A stretch of DNA of 63,997 nucleotides, filler included, from Candidatus Babelota bacterium (GTDB lineage: Bacteria > JAGOBX01), in the NCBI GenBank assembly GCA_017999075.1. It is 13 parts of 13 records of this genome, joined end to end, with 100 filler letters (N's around TTAATTAATTAA, not from the genome) between each part and the next. Parts side by side here need not be neighbours in the genome. Positions count along the whole stretch, not along the records: positions 39,756 to 44,555 come from JAGOBX010000318.1; positions 44,656 to 49,453 come from JAGOBX010000319.1; positions 49,554 to 54,336 come from JAGOBX010000320.1; 10 more parts are not named here. One strand, written 5' to 3'. The position numbers and the translations under genes were made by a program. Below, in pieces: positions 39,656 to 50,272 of this stretch; positions within the stretch are counted from its first letter, which is position 1, and each line of letters begins with the position of its first letter. Under the pieces are notes generated by a model. It had not been told where the DNA came from and searched no databases. It saw only the letters and a program-made list of their open reading frames with translations.

Positions 39656-39755
39656 NNNNNNNNNNNNNNNNNNNNNNNNNNNNNNNNNNNNNNNNNNNNT
39701 TAATTAATTAANNNNNNNNNNNNNNNNNNNNNNNNNNNNNNNNNNNNNNNNNNNN

Positions 39756-40204
39756 CGGTCAATACTTGACTTTACTGAATTTAATTCATCTGTAAGTTTT
39801 TGAATTTGATTTTTAAGGTCATTATTGGATTTACTTAAATTTTCTATCTGCTTTTTATACTCTTCTTCATTTTTCCTGGTTTGCTCAACAATTTTTTTTT
39901 GTTCTGCAAGCTCATATTGAAGTTTTTCAGATTCTTTAATTTTTTTATTAAGCTCATTAAGCTGTTCAGTATACTTTTCAATTTCTTCCTGTTTAGCTTT
40001 TAAATCATCTCTGTATTTTTTTTCTCTAACAGATGCATCGTTTAAATCCTGCAAAGCAGTTGCAGTTTTTTGTTCTTCCGCGCTTTTAACTTCAGGCGCA
40101 ACAATTTGAGCAGATTGAGTAACTGCATTATCTTTTTTCAATTCAGGTCCAACAAAGATACCGGCTAAAGCAAAAACAATAAAAAAACCTATTTGCAATC
40201 CCAT
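39756..40204 (-). CDS. Membrane-anchored coiled-coil protein, partial
   Basis: N-terminal TM segment followed by heptad-rich sequence. Confidence 0.6.
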
Positions 40205-40293
40205 AACAAATACCCCCTAAAATTTATGATTTTAATATTTTTTAAAAAAACACTCAAATAATACTATATATACATCTCAAAAAAATCAATGAT

Positions 40294-41109
40294 TTATTCT
40301 GAGTCACCATTATAAATCATATAATCTGTAATCTCAATTTCAATTTTTGCCGCATCCTGCGGAGCTATACCTTTAGATTCTATGGATATTATTTGAGTTT
40401 CATGAATAGGCAAATCTTTTACAAGATAATATTCTTTGACATTCAATATTTTACCTGATTCCGAAATAAATTTCAGTTTTGATTTTACCCAATTATGCTT
40501 ATTATTTGAATTATTTTTTAATTTTCCTTTCACTTCATAAATATTATTTTTTTCTCCTGAAAAATTAAAACTGAAATCGGAAATTTCAAGATTTAATTTA
40601 GGCACTCCTTTGACTTTATTGTCCCGGTTATTGATTTTCATTAGTAAATCAAGCAAATTTCTTGTTTCGTTGATGGTTTTCTCATAATCTCTTGAAAGGT
40701 AATGAGTTTTTATTATTTCAAGTTTATCAGTAAACTCTTTATTTTGTCCATTCTGCTCATCTTTATAGGATTTAATCAAAAAAACTTTAATTTCAGGGTT
40801 AACTAAACTTTTTAAATACAATTTGGTTAATTCATTTTCAGCTACGTTTATTGATTTATTTTCAATATAATATTTCCCGTATTTAGGAAGAGAAATAAAA
40901 CCATTATTATCAATCGTGAAATTAGCAGTCATATACCTTGCACCGACAAAATCTATTCTCACAACATCTCCAAGTCCGATTATATATTCAGTGTCAGCTC
41001 GGCACGTACATATATTAATCATTATAAAAAAATATATATAAATAATCATCCTGCAGATTTTAATCATTATATTTACCCATAAATAAATAATACTTAATCT
41101 TAAATACAT
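40294..41109 (-). CDS. Polysaccharide export (Poly_export) domain protein with C-terminal Ig-like domain
   Basis: EYIIG.GD.V.I...IDNNG.ISLP..G motif; likely start near 41067. Confidence 0.7.
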   Translation of the reverse strand: MYLRLSIIYLWVNIMIKICRMIIYIYFFIMINICTCRADTEYIIGLGDVVRIDFVGARYMTANFTIDNNGFISLPKYGKYYIENKSINVAENELTKLYLKSLVNPEIKVFLIKSYKDEQNGQNKEFTDKLEIIKTHYLSRDYEKTINETRNLLDLLMKINNRDNKVKGVPKLNLEISDFSFNFSGEKNNIYEVKGKLKNNSNNKHNWVKSKLKFISESGKILNVKEYYLVKDLPIHETQIISIESKGIAPQDAAKIEIEITDYMIYNGDSE

Positions 41110-41809
41110 CCAATAACATTTTTAACGAATCTTTTATTATATTCACTTTAGACAAAGGACTGTTTATCCAGGTTATAGGCAAATCCAATATTTTTATATT
41201 ATATTTTTTGGATAAGACTATTATTTCCACATCAAATGAAAAACCGTCAATTTTAAGTTTTGAAAAAATTTTATCTTTGATTTTATTTGAAAACATTTTA
41301 AATCCGCATTGCGTGTCTATAAAATCCGAACAAATTAAAAATTTAACTATTTTATTAAAAAACCTCCCCATATATTCACGAACCGTATTTTGCCGTTTCA
41401 ACACATTCGACTCCGGTAAACTTCTTGACCCTATTATAATATCAGTTCCTGTTTCAATAAATTTTCTTATGAATTTGTCTATTTCAAACAGCGGAGTTGA
41501 TAAATCTGAATCCATAAAAAAATATAAATCCGAATTTTTTCCTGCATTCATCATTCCAAACCTTACAGCAGCGCCTTTCCCCGCATTTTTATTTAAATTT
41601 AAAAGCCTGATTTTTAACGAAGAATTTTCACTCATAAATTTTTTTATAATATCTGACGTGGAATCAAAACTGCCGTCATCAACAATCACAATTTCATAAT
41701 CGTAACTGAAATATATAAAATATTGTTTTAAATCTTCAAGAGTTTTTTCAATCCTGAGTCCTTCATTATATACAGGTATTATAAAAGAAATTTTTTTCAT
41801 TTTTTTCAT
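41060..41809 (-). CDS. GT2 glycosyltransferase (dolichyl-phosphate glucose/mannose synthase-like)
   Basis: IIPVYNE, VDDGS, GKGAAVR.G, DSD, DTQCGFK, FDVE. Confidence 0.9.
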   Translation of the reverse strand: MKKMKKISFIIPVYNEGLRIEKTLEDLKQYFIYFSYDYEIVIVDDGSFDSTSDIIKKFMSENSSLKIRLLNLNKNAGKGAAVRFGMMNAGKNSDLYFFMDSDLSTPLFEIDKFIRKFIETGTDIIIGSRSLPESNVLKRQNTVREYMGRFFNKIVKFLICSDFIDTQCGFKMFSNKIKDKIFSKLKIDGFSFDVEIIVLSKKYNIKILDLPITWINSPLSKVNIIKDSLKMLLDVFKIKYYLFMGKYND

Positions 41810-41909
41810 ACTTCTTATTTTATCATAAATTGAAATTTAGTCAACCTGTAAAATATTTTAATAAAAATTTTAGTGCGTTTTTCATTCTGATATTGCATAA
41901 TTATATCTA

Positions 41910-42473
41910 ATGGAAAATAAAAAAAATATTTCAGGATTTACTTTAATTGAAATATTAATAGGATGCATAATTTTAGGAATTATAACAACCATTATAGCAT
42001 CTTCAATTATATTTCACAGTAAAGCATTGAATAATTCACTGGTAAACATTGCAGGTTCCAATGAAATTTCGGAATTTTACATAAATTTTGATATTGAAAT
42101 AAAATCTGCAATATCTTTAAATAAAATAAAATTTGATAATTTAACCGGGAATTGCACTGTAGAAATTATGTGTTATAACCCATACAAAAATATTAACTCG
42201 CCGCTGATAATTGTAAAATATAAAAAAATAATAAATCCGAAAAATTATAAATATAGTCTTGTAAAAGAAATTTATTGCAAAAGTTCGGAAAACTCTGGAG
42301 ACGAAATATTGTATTCAAAAAAAAAATGTATAAAAAACGCCGATGACCTGTTTTTCGTATTTTTCAATAATTCATCAAAATTAACTGAATATTTTACAAA
42401 TATAAAATTTGACAGGATAGAATTTAACGTGATCATAAACGGCGAACAAAAAAAAATCAATTTTTCAACTTGA
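41910..42473 (+). CDS. Prepilin-type N-terminal cleavage/methylation domain protein
   Basis: G|FTLIEILI class III signal peptide followed by a hydrophobic helix. Confidence 0.8.
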   Translation: MENKKNISGFTLIEILIGCIILGIITTIIASSIIFHSKALNNSLVNIAGSNEISEFYINFDIEIKSAISLNKIKFDNLTGNCTVEIMCYNPYKNINSPLIIVKYKKIINPKNYKYSLVKEIYCKSSENSGDEILYSKKKCIKNADDLFFVFFNNSSKLTEYFTNIKFDRIEFNVIINGEQKKINFST

Positions 42474-42721
42474 TTTTTTTACTGAAACAAATATAGTTAA
42501 TCGGGTATTATGAAATTAAATAATTATTTGCCCGTAGCAGAATATTATTGTCATTTATATATACTCCCCTCAAAAAAAAATAAAAACACAATCGAAGATA
42601 AACTTAGATTTAATTTTTACAGTAATATGCGTATCTATTATGGTTCAGGCTATAATTTTAGATTTTTTCAATAAATTAATATAAAAATTAATATAAAATA
42701 TTTTTTAGGAGGATATTTTTA

Positions 42722-44410
42722 ATGGGTAACAGCAATGCAAAAAAGATGATTAAAATTAAAATTAATGGCGGAGAAACAATTGAATTCAAAAAAGGAACAA
42801 AAATCTATGAAGTAGCAGAATATCTCGGAAAAGGTTTATATCTTGTATCGGCTGCAGGTCTTGTAAATAACACTCTTGTCGATTTAGCTTATGAACTTAA
42901 TAATGATTGCGATTTGAATATTGTAATGCTCGACACTATGTTAGGAATGAAAGTTTACAGGAGAAGCGTAGAATATGTTCTTGCAATCGCTATACAAGAA
43001 TTGTTCGGTGATTCAGCGCGCCTTCTTGTAGGCCCTCATATTGAAAAAGGATATTACTTTGATTTAACAATGAAAAACCGCGATTATGTAAGTGAAAAAG
43101 AAGTTAATGAAATACGGAATAAAATGCAGGAAATAATAGCAAGAGGATTGGAATTCGAATTAAAAAAAGTTTCTAAAAAAGAAGCCAAAAAAATATTGGC
43201 AAAACGCAGTGATTTACTGAATTTAATAGATGATTTGGAAGATAATGAAGTTAGAATTTATACCCAGAAAGAAAGCGGGTTTGCCGACTTGTATCACGGT
43301 CCGATTTTCCCGAATACAAAATTCATAAACGCTTTCGATCTGTTAATTTTCGCACCTGGATTCATTTTGCAGTTTCCTGATTATGTAAACAAAGTGCTTA
43401 TAATGCCTAAACAGCCAAAACAAATCAAACTGACTCAGGTTTTAAGAGAAACACGCGAATGGTACAAAATACAGGGTATAGAAAACGTATCACGTTTAAA
43501 TGATGTTATAAAATCAGGAGACATATCAGAACTTATTAAAATTGCTGAAGCATTTCAGGAAAAAAAGATTGCTCAAATAGCTGATTTAATAGCGACTCGC
43601 CGCGATCAGATAAAATTTATAACTATTGCCGGTCCTTCTTCTTCCGGGAAAACCACTTTTGCAAAAAGATTGTCGATACAATTAAAAGTAAACGGAATTT
43701 TTCCTATAGCTCTATCTCTTGACGATTATTTTGTAGAACGTGAAACTACTCCTCGCGATGAAAATGGGGATTATGATTTTGAAACTATCGAAGCTCTTGA
43801 TTTAAAGTTAATAAATGAACATCTTGCTGCTCTCCTTAAAAATAAACCTATAGAAGTTCCTCGTTTTGATTTTACTACAGGACATAGAAAAAAAGATACT
43901 CACAGAATGACTTTAACGCCTGGCCAGGTAGTAATAATCGAAGGCATTCATGGTTTAAATGACAGATTAACTGCTACTGTTCCTGCTGAAAACAAATTTA
44001 AAATTTATATAAGCGCTCTAAATCAGCTCCGTATTGATGACATTAACAGAATACCGACAACCGACTGCCGTTTAATCAGGCGTATGGTGAGGGATTACAA
44101 GTATAGAAGTTATTCTGCTCTTGACACAATTTCAAGATGGCCTTCAGTAAGAAGGGGAGAAGAAAAACATATATTCCCTTACCAGGAAAATGCTGATGTA
44201 ATTTTCAATTCCGCACTCATTTTTGAATTATCAGTATTAAAAAAATATGCATTGCCTATTTTAAAAGAAGTACCTGTTGATTCAAAAGAATATCCAGTAG
44301 CAGAAAGCATAATGAGCTTTTTAACTTTATTCGGTCAGTGCCCGGAAGAGGAAATTCCTCCTACTTCTATAATCAGAGAATTTATAGGCGGCGGTTCTTT
44401 CAAATACTAA
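42722..44410 (+). CDS. Nucleoside (uridine) kinase with N-terminal TGS/ThrRS-like domain
   Basis: ThrRS-like N-terminus; IAGPSSSGKTT; SLDDYF; EGIHGLN; RRMVRD; EFIGG. Confidence 0.88.
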   Translation: MGNSNAKKMIKIKINGGETIEFKKGTKIYEVAEYLGKGLYLVSAAGLVNNTLVDLAYELNNDCDLNIVMLDTMLGMKVYRRSVEYVLAIAIQELFGDSARLLVGPHIEKGYYFDLTMKNRDYVSEKEVNEIRNKMQEIIARGLEFELKKVSKKEAKKILAKRSDLLNLIDDLEDNEVRIYTQKESGFADLYHGPIFPNTKFINAFDLLIFAPGFILQFPDYVNKVLIMPKQPKQIKLTQVLRETREWYKIQGIENVSRLNDVIKSGDISELIKIAEAFQEKKIAQIADLIATRRDQIKFITIAGPSSSGKTTFAKRLSIQLKVNGIFPIALSLDDYFVERETTPRDENGDYDFETIEALDLKLINEHLAALLKNKPIEVPRFDFTTGHRKKDTHRMTLTPGQVVIIEGIHGLNDRLTATVPAENKFKIYISALNQLRIDDINRIPTTDCRLIRRMVRDYKYRSYSALDTISRWPSVRRGEEKHIFPYQENADVIFNSALIFELSVLKKYALPILKEVPVDSKEYPVAESIMSFLTLFGQCPEEEIPPTSIIREFIGGGSFKY

Positions 44411-44418
44411 TCTTTTTT

Positions 44419-44466
44419 AAACTTTTCGCCGGAATTCAATTTTTCGGATTCCGGCGGGAAAGTTTT
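44419..44466 (+). terminator. Intrinsic terminator (possibly bidirectional)
   Basis: AAACTTTTCGCCGGAATTC / GGATTCCGGCGGGAAAGTTT stem directly after the stop codon. Confidence 0.75.
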
Positions 44467-44683
44467 CACATCTAAAATTTAATTATCAATTAAATCAAAA
44501 AAAATATATCACCAATTATATTTTCAAGTCAAATTTTTTTTACACAAATAAGATTNNNNNNNNNNNNNNNNNNNNNNNNNNNNNNNNNNNNNNNNNNNNT
44601 TAATTAATTAANNNNNNNNNNNNNNNNNNNNNNNNNNNNNNNNNNNNNNNNNNNNTCCTATTAATCCGTTTTCGCATCCTTAA

Positions 44684-45499
44684 ATGTATTCGAAAAAATA
44701 TTTTGATTCATTATTGAACCAGACAGATTTTAAAATTAGAATTTTAAAAGATCCTGTAAGTTCTATTTATAATTATAAAAAACCTGAAGATAGAGAAATT
44801 GTTGGTTTATTGGCTTCTATGTTTGCATACGGAAGGGTTGAAAAAATTTTAAAAAATGTTGATTTAATATTAAAAAACATATCGAATTCGAAAAAAAGTC
44901 CTTATGAAATTATTACTAAATCAACAGTCAAATACGAAGTTTTATTTAAAAATTTCAAACACCGGTTTAATTCTGGTTCTGACCTTGCTGTTGTTTTATA
45001 CTCTTTGAAAAGTTTGCTGAAAAAATATGGGAGTCTGGAAAATTTATTTAAAACCGGAATCATAAATGATAATATAGATATAAAAAAAATTATTATTAAT
45101 TTTGCAGGACTGATTAGAAAAGAATTTGAATCTATTTCTGAAAAATATAATATTCCGTTGGGAAAAACATTGTATTTGCTTCCTACTCCGGAAAGAGGAA
45201 GTTCTTGCAAACGTTTGAATTTGTTTTTAAGATGGATGATACGTAAAGACAATATAGATCCCGGGGTATGGAATAAAAGTTTAGGTTTTCTGATACCTTA
45301 TTTAATAATTCCGTTAGATGTTCATATAGCAAAATGCGGACGCAATACGGGAATGACATTAAGAAAAACAAATGATTGGCAGACTGCATCTGAAATCACT
45401 GAATATTTAAAAAAAATAGAACCTGAAGATCCGTTGAAATATGATTTTGCGATTTGTCATTTAGGAATGTCTGAAATCAGAAAAGCAGGAAAACATTAG
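44684..45499 (+). CDS. TIGR02757 (DUF2400) family protein
   Basis: DP...D.EI.G..A...AYG, S.CKRLNLFLRWM.R, IPLDVH, DPLKYDFA. Confidence 0.9.
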   Translation: MYSKKYFDSLLNQTDFKIRILKDPVSSIYNYKKPEDREIVGLLASMFAYGRVEKILKNVDLILKNISNSKKSPYEIITKSTVKYEVLFKNFKHRFNSGSDLAVVLYSLKSLLKKYGSLENLFKTGIINDNIDIKKIIINFAGLIRKEFESISEKYNIPLGKTLYLLPTPERGSSCKRLNLFLRWMIRKDNIDPGVWNKSLGFLIPYLIIPLDVHIAKCGRNTGMTLRKTNDWQTASEITEYLKKIEPEDPLKYDFAICHLGMSEIRKAGKH

Positions 45500-45580
45500 A
45501 AAAAATTATAATATTGAAATTAGTGCCTGATTTATTATAAAGTAAGAAATAATATATTAAAGTTGTAATCTGATATAAAT

Positions 45581-47077
45581 ATGAGAATAATTATTTTTAA
45601 TCCGCAGGGAAATTTTGATAAAAATGATTCACATATTACCGAGCATCCTGATTTCGGCGGTCAGCTTGTTTATGTAAAACAGCTTGCGCTGGCGTTATCT
45701 GATTTGGGACATAATATTGATATTTTTACGAGAAAAATAGTAGATCCTGAATGGCCGGAATTCAGTTCGGATATAGAATTTTACCGAGATAATGACAAAG
45801 TTAAGATTATAAGGCTTCCGTTCAGCACATTAAAATTTTTGCCTAAAGAAGAAATCTGGCCGTATTTATGTTCAGAATACATTCCTTTAATATTGGAATA
45901 TTACAAAAAAAATAATTTATTTCCTGATGTAGGATCCAGTCATTATGCGGATGGCGGTTTTGCAGCAGCGTATTTTAAAAAGCTTACCGGAATAAAATAT
46001 ACTTTTACAGGTCATTCTCTCGGCGCACAGAAAATGGATAAATTCAATGTATCCCCGGAAAATATTATAGATTATGAACACAAATATAAATTTTCAAAAA
46101 GAGTTATTGCTGAACGTGTTTCAATAAAAAACGCTTCTATAATTGTTGCAAGCAGTGAAAATGAACGTTTTGTTCAATATGCGCATAAAATATATAAGAA
46201 TGTTGCAGATGTTAACAACGATAATAAATTTAAAGTTATTGCCCCGGGAATTTCGCTTCCTGTATTTGACAAAAACAATAAGGAATTTAATGAAACAGAA
46301 ATTATAAATCATATAAACCGCGCTGTTTGCAGAGACATAGATGAGAATAGAAGAACCTTGCCGTATTTAATCGTAAGCGCCAGAATTGATCATAAGAAGA
46401 ATCATATAGGTTTACTTAATATGTTTTCTGAAGTTGCTGAATTGCAGAAAAAATGCAATTTAATGTTTATAACCAGAAATCATAATAATCCTCTGCGGGA
46501 TTATAAAAAATTGACTCAGGGGTTTGAACAAGAAATTATATGGAAGATGGTTGAAATCATTAGTAAAAACAAATTAATCGGGAAAATAACGATGTTTTCC
46601 TTGTCTGGTCAAAATGAACTTGCAGTTGCTTACAGATATTTGAGCAGGTTTAATTCATTATTTGTACTCCCTGCATTGTTTGAACCATTTGGACTTGCTC
46701 CTATAGAAGCAATGGCTTCAGGTCTGCCTGTTGTTGTTACAAAATTCGGCGGAACGTCAGAAAGTTTGTTTAACAATAATATTGAATACGGAAAATTAAT
46801 AGATCCTAATAATTTTGAAGAGTTCAGTTCAGCAGTTTTAGAATTAATTAAAAATAAAAATTTGTGGAATGAATTCAGCGAAAAGGGGTATGAATATGTT
46901 AGTAAAAAATTCGACTGGGAAATTCCATCGTTAAAATATCAGAAAGTTTTTGAAAAAATTTTATCTGAAAAAGAATATTCTTCAATCTCTGATATTTCTG
47001 AAAAAGAATTTGAAATAATAAATGATGAACATGATATTAAGAAAAAAATTGAAGTTATAAACCAGCATTATTTTTAA
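45581..47077 (+). CDS. Sucrose-phosphate synthase-like GT4 glycosyltransferase (no phosphatase domain)
   Basis: NPQGNFD..DS...EHPDFGGQLVYVK, HY.DGG, TGHSLGAQK and EPFGLAP.EAMA; recalled as closely resembling Halothermothrix orenii SPS. Confidence 0.8.
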   Translation: MRIIIFNPQGNFDKNDSHITEHPDFGGQLVYVKQLALALSDLGHNIDIFTRKIVDPEWPEFSSDIEFYRDNDKVKIIRLPFSTLKFLPKEEIWPYLCSEYIPLILEYYKKNNLFPDVGSSHYADGGFAAAYFKKLTGIKYTFTGHSLGAQKMDKFNVSPENIIDYEHKYKFSKRVIAERVSIKNASIIVASSENERFVQYAHKIYKNVADVNNDNKFKVIAPGISLPVFDKNNKEFNETEIINHINRAVCRDIDENRRTLPYLIVSARIDHKKNHIGLLNMFSEVAELQKKCNLMFITRNHNNPLRDYKKLTQGFEQEIIWKMVEIISKNKLIGKITMFSLSGQNELAVAYRYLSRFNSLFVLPALFEPFGLAPIEAMASGLPVVVTKFGGTSESLFNNNIEYGKLIDPNNFEEFSSAVLELIKNKNLWNEFSEKGYEYVSKKFDWEIPSLKYQKVFEKILSEKEYSSISDISEKEFEIINDEHDIKKKIEVINQHYF

Positions 47078-47152
47078 AGTAATAATTTTTAATTTTATCA
47101 GTGCATAAAATAATATAAAAATATAATATAATTATATGATAAAACAGGTGTA

Positions 47153-47671
47153 TTGATTTGTATGGATAAAATAAAAAAGATAGATAAAACTTCTCCGGTA
47201 AAATCTGCTGTTCTTAAAAAAAACAAATCTTATTCTGAAAATAATATGTTTTTATCAGAACTTAAAAAGAAAACCGTTGATTCGTTTCATGGAAACGAAA
47301 TCGACGATTCTTTTGAAAAACATAATGAAGGCGTACATGACGGTTTTTCCCAAAAAAAGAATAATGACGGAGATGAAGAAAAATCAAAAAAACAGTTTTT
47401 AGGGGACATTCGGGAAGTTATTATAGCTGCTGAAAGGGCCATAGAAAAATTTAACAGGATTTTTGATACTGCTAAAAGCGAATATTATATGTTTTATGAA
47501 ATAATGGAAAATGGTAAGGAAATTATAATAACTGTAGCAAACTCTAAAAGCGGAGAATTTATCTACAGACATAATATCTGCATAGAATGTATGAAAAGTG
47601 AAAATGATTTTTATAAAGTAATAGACGATTTTCTTAGAGATAAAGGTTTGATAATTGATTATCAGGCTTGA
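47153..47671 (+). CDS. Hypothetical protein with FlaG-like C-terminal domain
   Basis: C-terminal A.E..N.......I.V....SGE.I and GLIID..A resemble FlaG. Confidence 0.45.
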   Translation: MICMDKIKKIDKTSPVKSAVLKKNKSYSENNMFLSELKKKTVDSFHGNEIDDSFEKHNEGVHDGFSQKKNNDGDEEKSKKQFLGDIREVIIAAERAIEKFNRIFDTAKSEYYMFYEIMENGKEIIITVANSKSGEFIYRHNICIECMKSENDFYKVIDDFLRDKGLIIDYQA

Positions 47672-47771
47672 TCAATAATTTTTGAAATATAAAAATAATT
47701 ATGGAATTGCTTTGAAATTACAAACAGATAGGTTTGATATTAATGAATTTTCATATTATATAATGTAACAA

Positions 47772-49208
47772 ATGCTGATTCTGAAAAATAAATTTGAATA
47801 TGAGCTTGAAAAAACAGGTGACATGGTTGTTAATCCTGTTTTGTATATTTCTGAAAAAATAATTTTAGAGAATGAGGCAGTCAAACAGCTGCAAAACGTA
47901 TGTTCTATTGAAGATTCCTCGAAAGTTATTATAACTCCTGATGTGCATAAAGGGTTTGGGGTACCGATTGGCTGTGTGTGGGCTAGCAGAAAATTTATTT
48001 CCCCTGCTGCAGTTGGTTATGATATAAATTGCGGAATGCGTCTTTTGCTTACTCCGTTTTCTTCAGATGATGTGAATATAAAGCAGCTTGCTGATTCTAT
48101 AAGGCGTGATATTCCGCTTGGTGAAGGGAAAAGCAATATCACAGTTGATTATAATGATTTGGAAATCCTTCTTGAAAACGGAGTTTCAGCAATAGACAAT
48201 ATTGTCGGAAAATATGATAATATTAAAAGAATATTCAATAAAAAAGACTTTATTTCCGACTTATGTTCGATAGAGGAAAACGGAACTATAAAATGCAGTT
48301 CAAGATTTGTTTCAGATAGAGCTAAAAACAGAGGTAAAACCCAATTAGGAACCCTTGGAGGGGGAAATCATTTTATCGAATTACAGCGAGTAGAACAGAT
48401 TTTTAATGAAAATATTGCGGAGAAATTTGGATTATTTAAAAATCAGTTTGTAATTATGATACATTCCGGTTCAAGAGGATTAGGTGCGGAAATAGGCGAT
48501 AATTATATGAAAAATGCCGTAAAATATCTTGAATCAAATAATATGTTTATGCCTGACAGAGAACTGAATTATTTTAAAGCTGATTCTGAATTCGGTAAAA
48601 ATTATTTTGAGAGTATGAATTCAGCGTCGAATTATGCTTTTATAAACAGGCAGATAATGGCTATGCTTGTAAGAAGAAATATAAGGCATTATTACGGAGC
48701 AGATACAGAATTACCTACTTTGTACGATGTATCCCATAATATACTTAAAATAGAAAAGTATAACGGCAAGGATTATTTTGTTCATAGAAAAGGTGCTACC
48801 CGCGCATTCAGTTCAGAATTTATGAAAAACACCAGATTTGAAAATACAGGCCAACCTGTTTTAATACCTGGTTCAATGGGAACATCAAGTTATATTCTTT
48901 CAGGAAAAGAAACTGGAATAAAATCGTTTTTTTCAGTTAATCACGGGGCAGGAAGAATAATGAGCAGAACTAAAGCTGCCGGTAAAATTGCTCGTGACGG
49001 AAAAGTTCTGAGCGAAGGAATTATATCCGATGAAACTTTTAAAAAATCTATGGAAGGAATTTATCTGATATGTGAAAATAAAAAGACCATCAAAGAAGAA
49101 GCGCCTGGAGCATATAAGGACATTGATATTGTAATAGATATAGTTGAAGGAGCAGGATTAGCCGAAAAAACAGCTAAAACTGTACCGCTTGCAGTTTTAA
49201 AAGGATAA
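47772..49208 (+). CDS. rtcB: RNA-splicing ligase RtcB
   Basis: PDVH.G.G.PIG, GYDINCG, GTLGGGNHF, HSGSRG, HN, HRKGAT, PGSMG, HGAGR, EEAP.AYK. Confidence 0.95.
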   Translation: MLILKNKFEYELEKTGDMVVNPVLYISEKIILENEAVKQLQNVCSIEDSSKVIITPDVHKGFGVPIGCVWASRKFISPAAVGYDINCGMRLLLTPFSSDDVNIKQLADSIRRDIPLGEGKSNITVDYNDLEILLENGVSAIDNIVGKYDNIKRIFNKKDFISDLCSIEENGTIKCSSRFVSDRAKNRGKTQLGTLGGGNHFIELQRVEQIFNENIAEKFGLFKNQFVIMIHSGSRGLGAEIGDNYMKNAVKYLESNNMFMPDRELNYFKADSEFGKNYFESMNSASNYAFINRQIMAMLVRRNIRHYYGADTELPTLYDVSHNILKIEKYNGKDYFVHRKGATRAFSSEFMKNTRFENTGQPVLIPGSMGTSSYILSGKETGIKSFFSVNHGAGRIMSRTKAAGKIARDGKVLSEGIISDETFKKSMEGIYLICENKKTIKEEAPGAYKDIDIVIDIVEGAGLAEKTAKTVPLAVLKG

Positions 49209-49555
49209 ACATGTTATATAAATTTTATTTTATGTTTATATATGAAAATATAATTTTAATACAAATAAAATTTCTTTAATTGTTTTTAAATATTATAAAT
49301 TTAATTTAATTATTGATTTTTTTTAAATTCTATTTAAAATTGATATTTATAAAATTAAAGTTATAAAAAGTAAATAAAAATCTTCGTTGAAGGAGGTGAT
49401 AAAAATCACGGGAATCAGTAGATTTATTGCTGATTTTGAACCATCTCTTTAAGNNNNNNNNNNNNNNNNNNNNNNNNNNNNNNNNNNNNNNNNNNNNTTA
49501 ATTAATTAANNNNNNNNNNNNNNNNNNNNNNNNNNNNNNNNNNNNNNNNNNNNAA

Positions 49556-50272
49556 AGTTCATATAGAGTTAATGCAGCATATCATATAAAATATACATGG
49601 AATACATATTACGGATTTGAAGATATTTTTGGAAGAACAGCCACTATTTCAAGCGAATACCTTGATTATTTGGGAAATATGAAAAATGGCGATAATTTTT
49701 TCAAATTGCTGAATGTGAAATATTTGGTTCAACCGGAAGATTTAGAAATAGACAGTTCGGTTTTTCGGAAATGCATTTCTGAAAATAATAATATTCTTTA
49801 TGAATTTAAAAATTTTTTACCGAGATTTACTGCTGTTAAGCGAGCTCGTTTTTGTAATGATAAAAATGAAATTTATAATATAATTTCAAATGATACAGGT
49901 TTTGTTCCGGAAACGGAAATTCTTTTTTTAAATGAGGATAAATCAGTTTGTGACAATATCAATTCTGATATGACTCTAAATAGTCATATAAATATTATTG
50001 AAAATAATAATAATGCGATAAAACTTAAAATTGAAAATTCATCTCCTGCATTAATTTTATGGTCAAACAAGTTTTCTGAAGATTGGCAAATATTTGTTAA
50101 TTCCCAAAAAACTAAAATGTACAGAGCAAACTGGATTTTTTCATGTTTTAAAATTCCTGCCGGCAAAAATATTGTAGAATTGAAGTATTCTCCTGTAATT
50201 TATAAAATTTCTTTACTTTTAACCTGTGCAGGACTGATATTAAGTTTATTATTTTTGATTTTTAAATTTTAA
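49556..50272 (+). CDS. YfhO-family membrane protein, C-terminal part
   Basis: LLNVKY, LPR, W...VN...RAN..F....IPAG...VEL.Y.P followed by a TM segment; frame open from the contig edge. Confidence 0.8.
   Translation, partial: SSYRVNAAYHIKYTWNTYYGFEDIFGRTATISSEYLDYLGNMKNGDNFFKLLNVKYLVQPEDLEIDSSVFRKCISENNNILYEFKNFLPRFTAVKRARFCNDKNEIYNIISNDTGFVPETEILFLNEDKSVCDNINSDMTLNSHINIIENNNNAIKLKIENSSPALILWSNKFSEDWQIFVNSQKTKMYRANWIFSCFKIPAGKNIVELKYSPVIYKISLLLTCAGLILSLLFLIFKF

Noticed and set aside
47772-49208. RtcB as part of an RNA-repair or defence island
   Set aside because: No rtcA, rtcR, archease, Ro60 or toxin gene on the contig.
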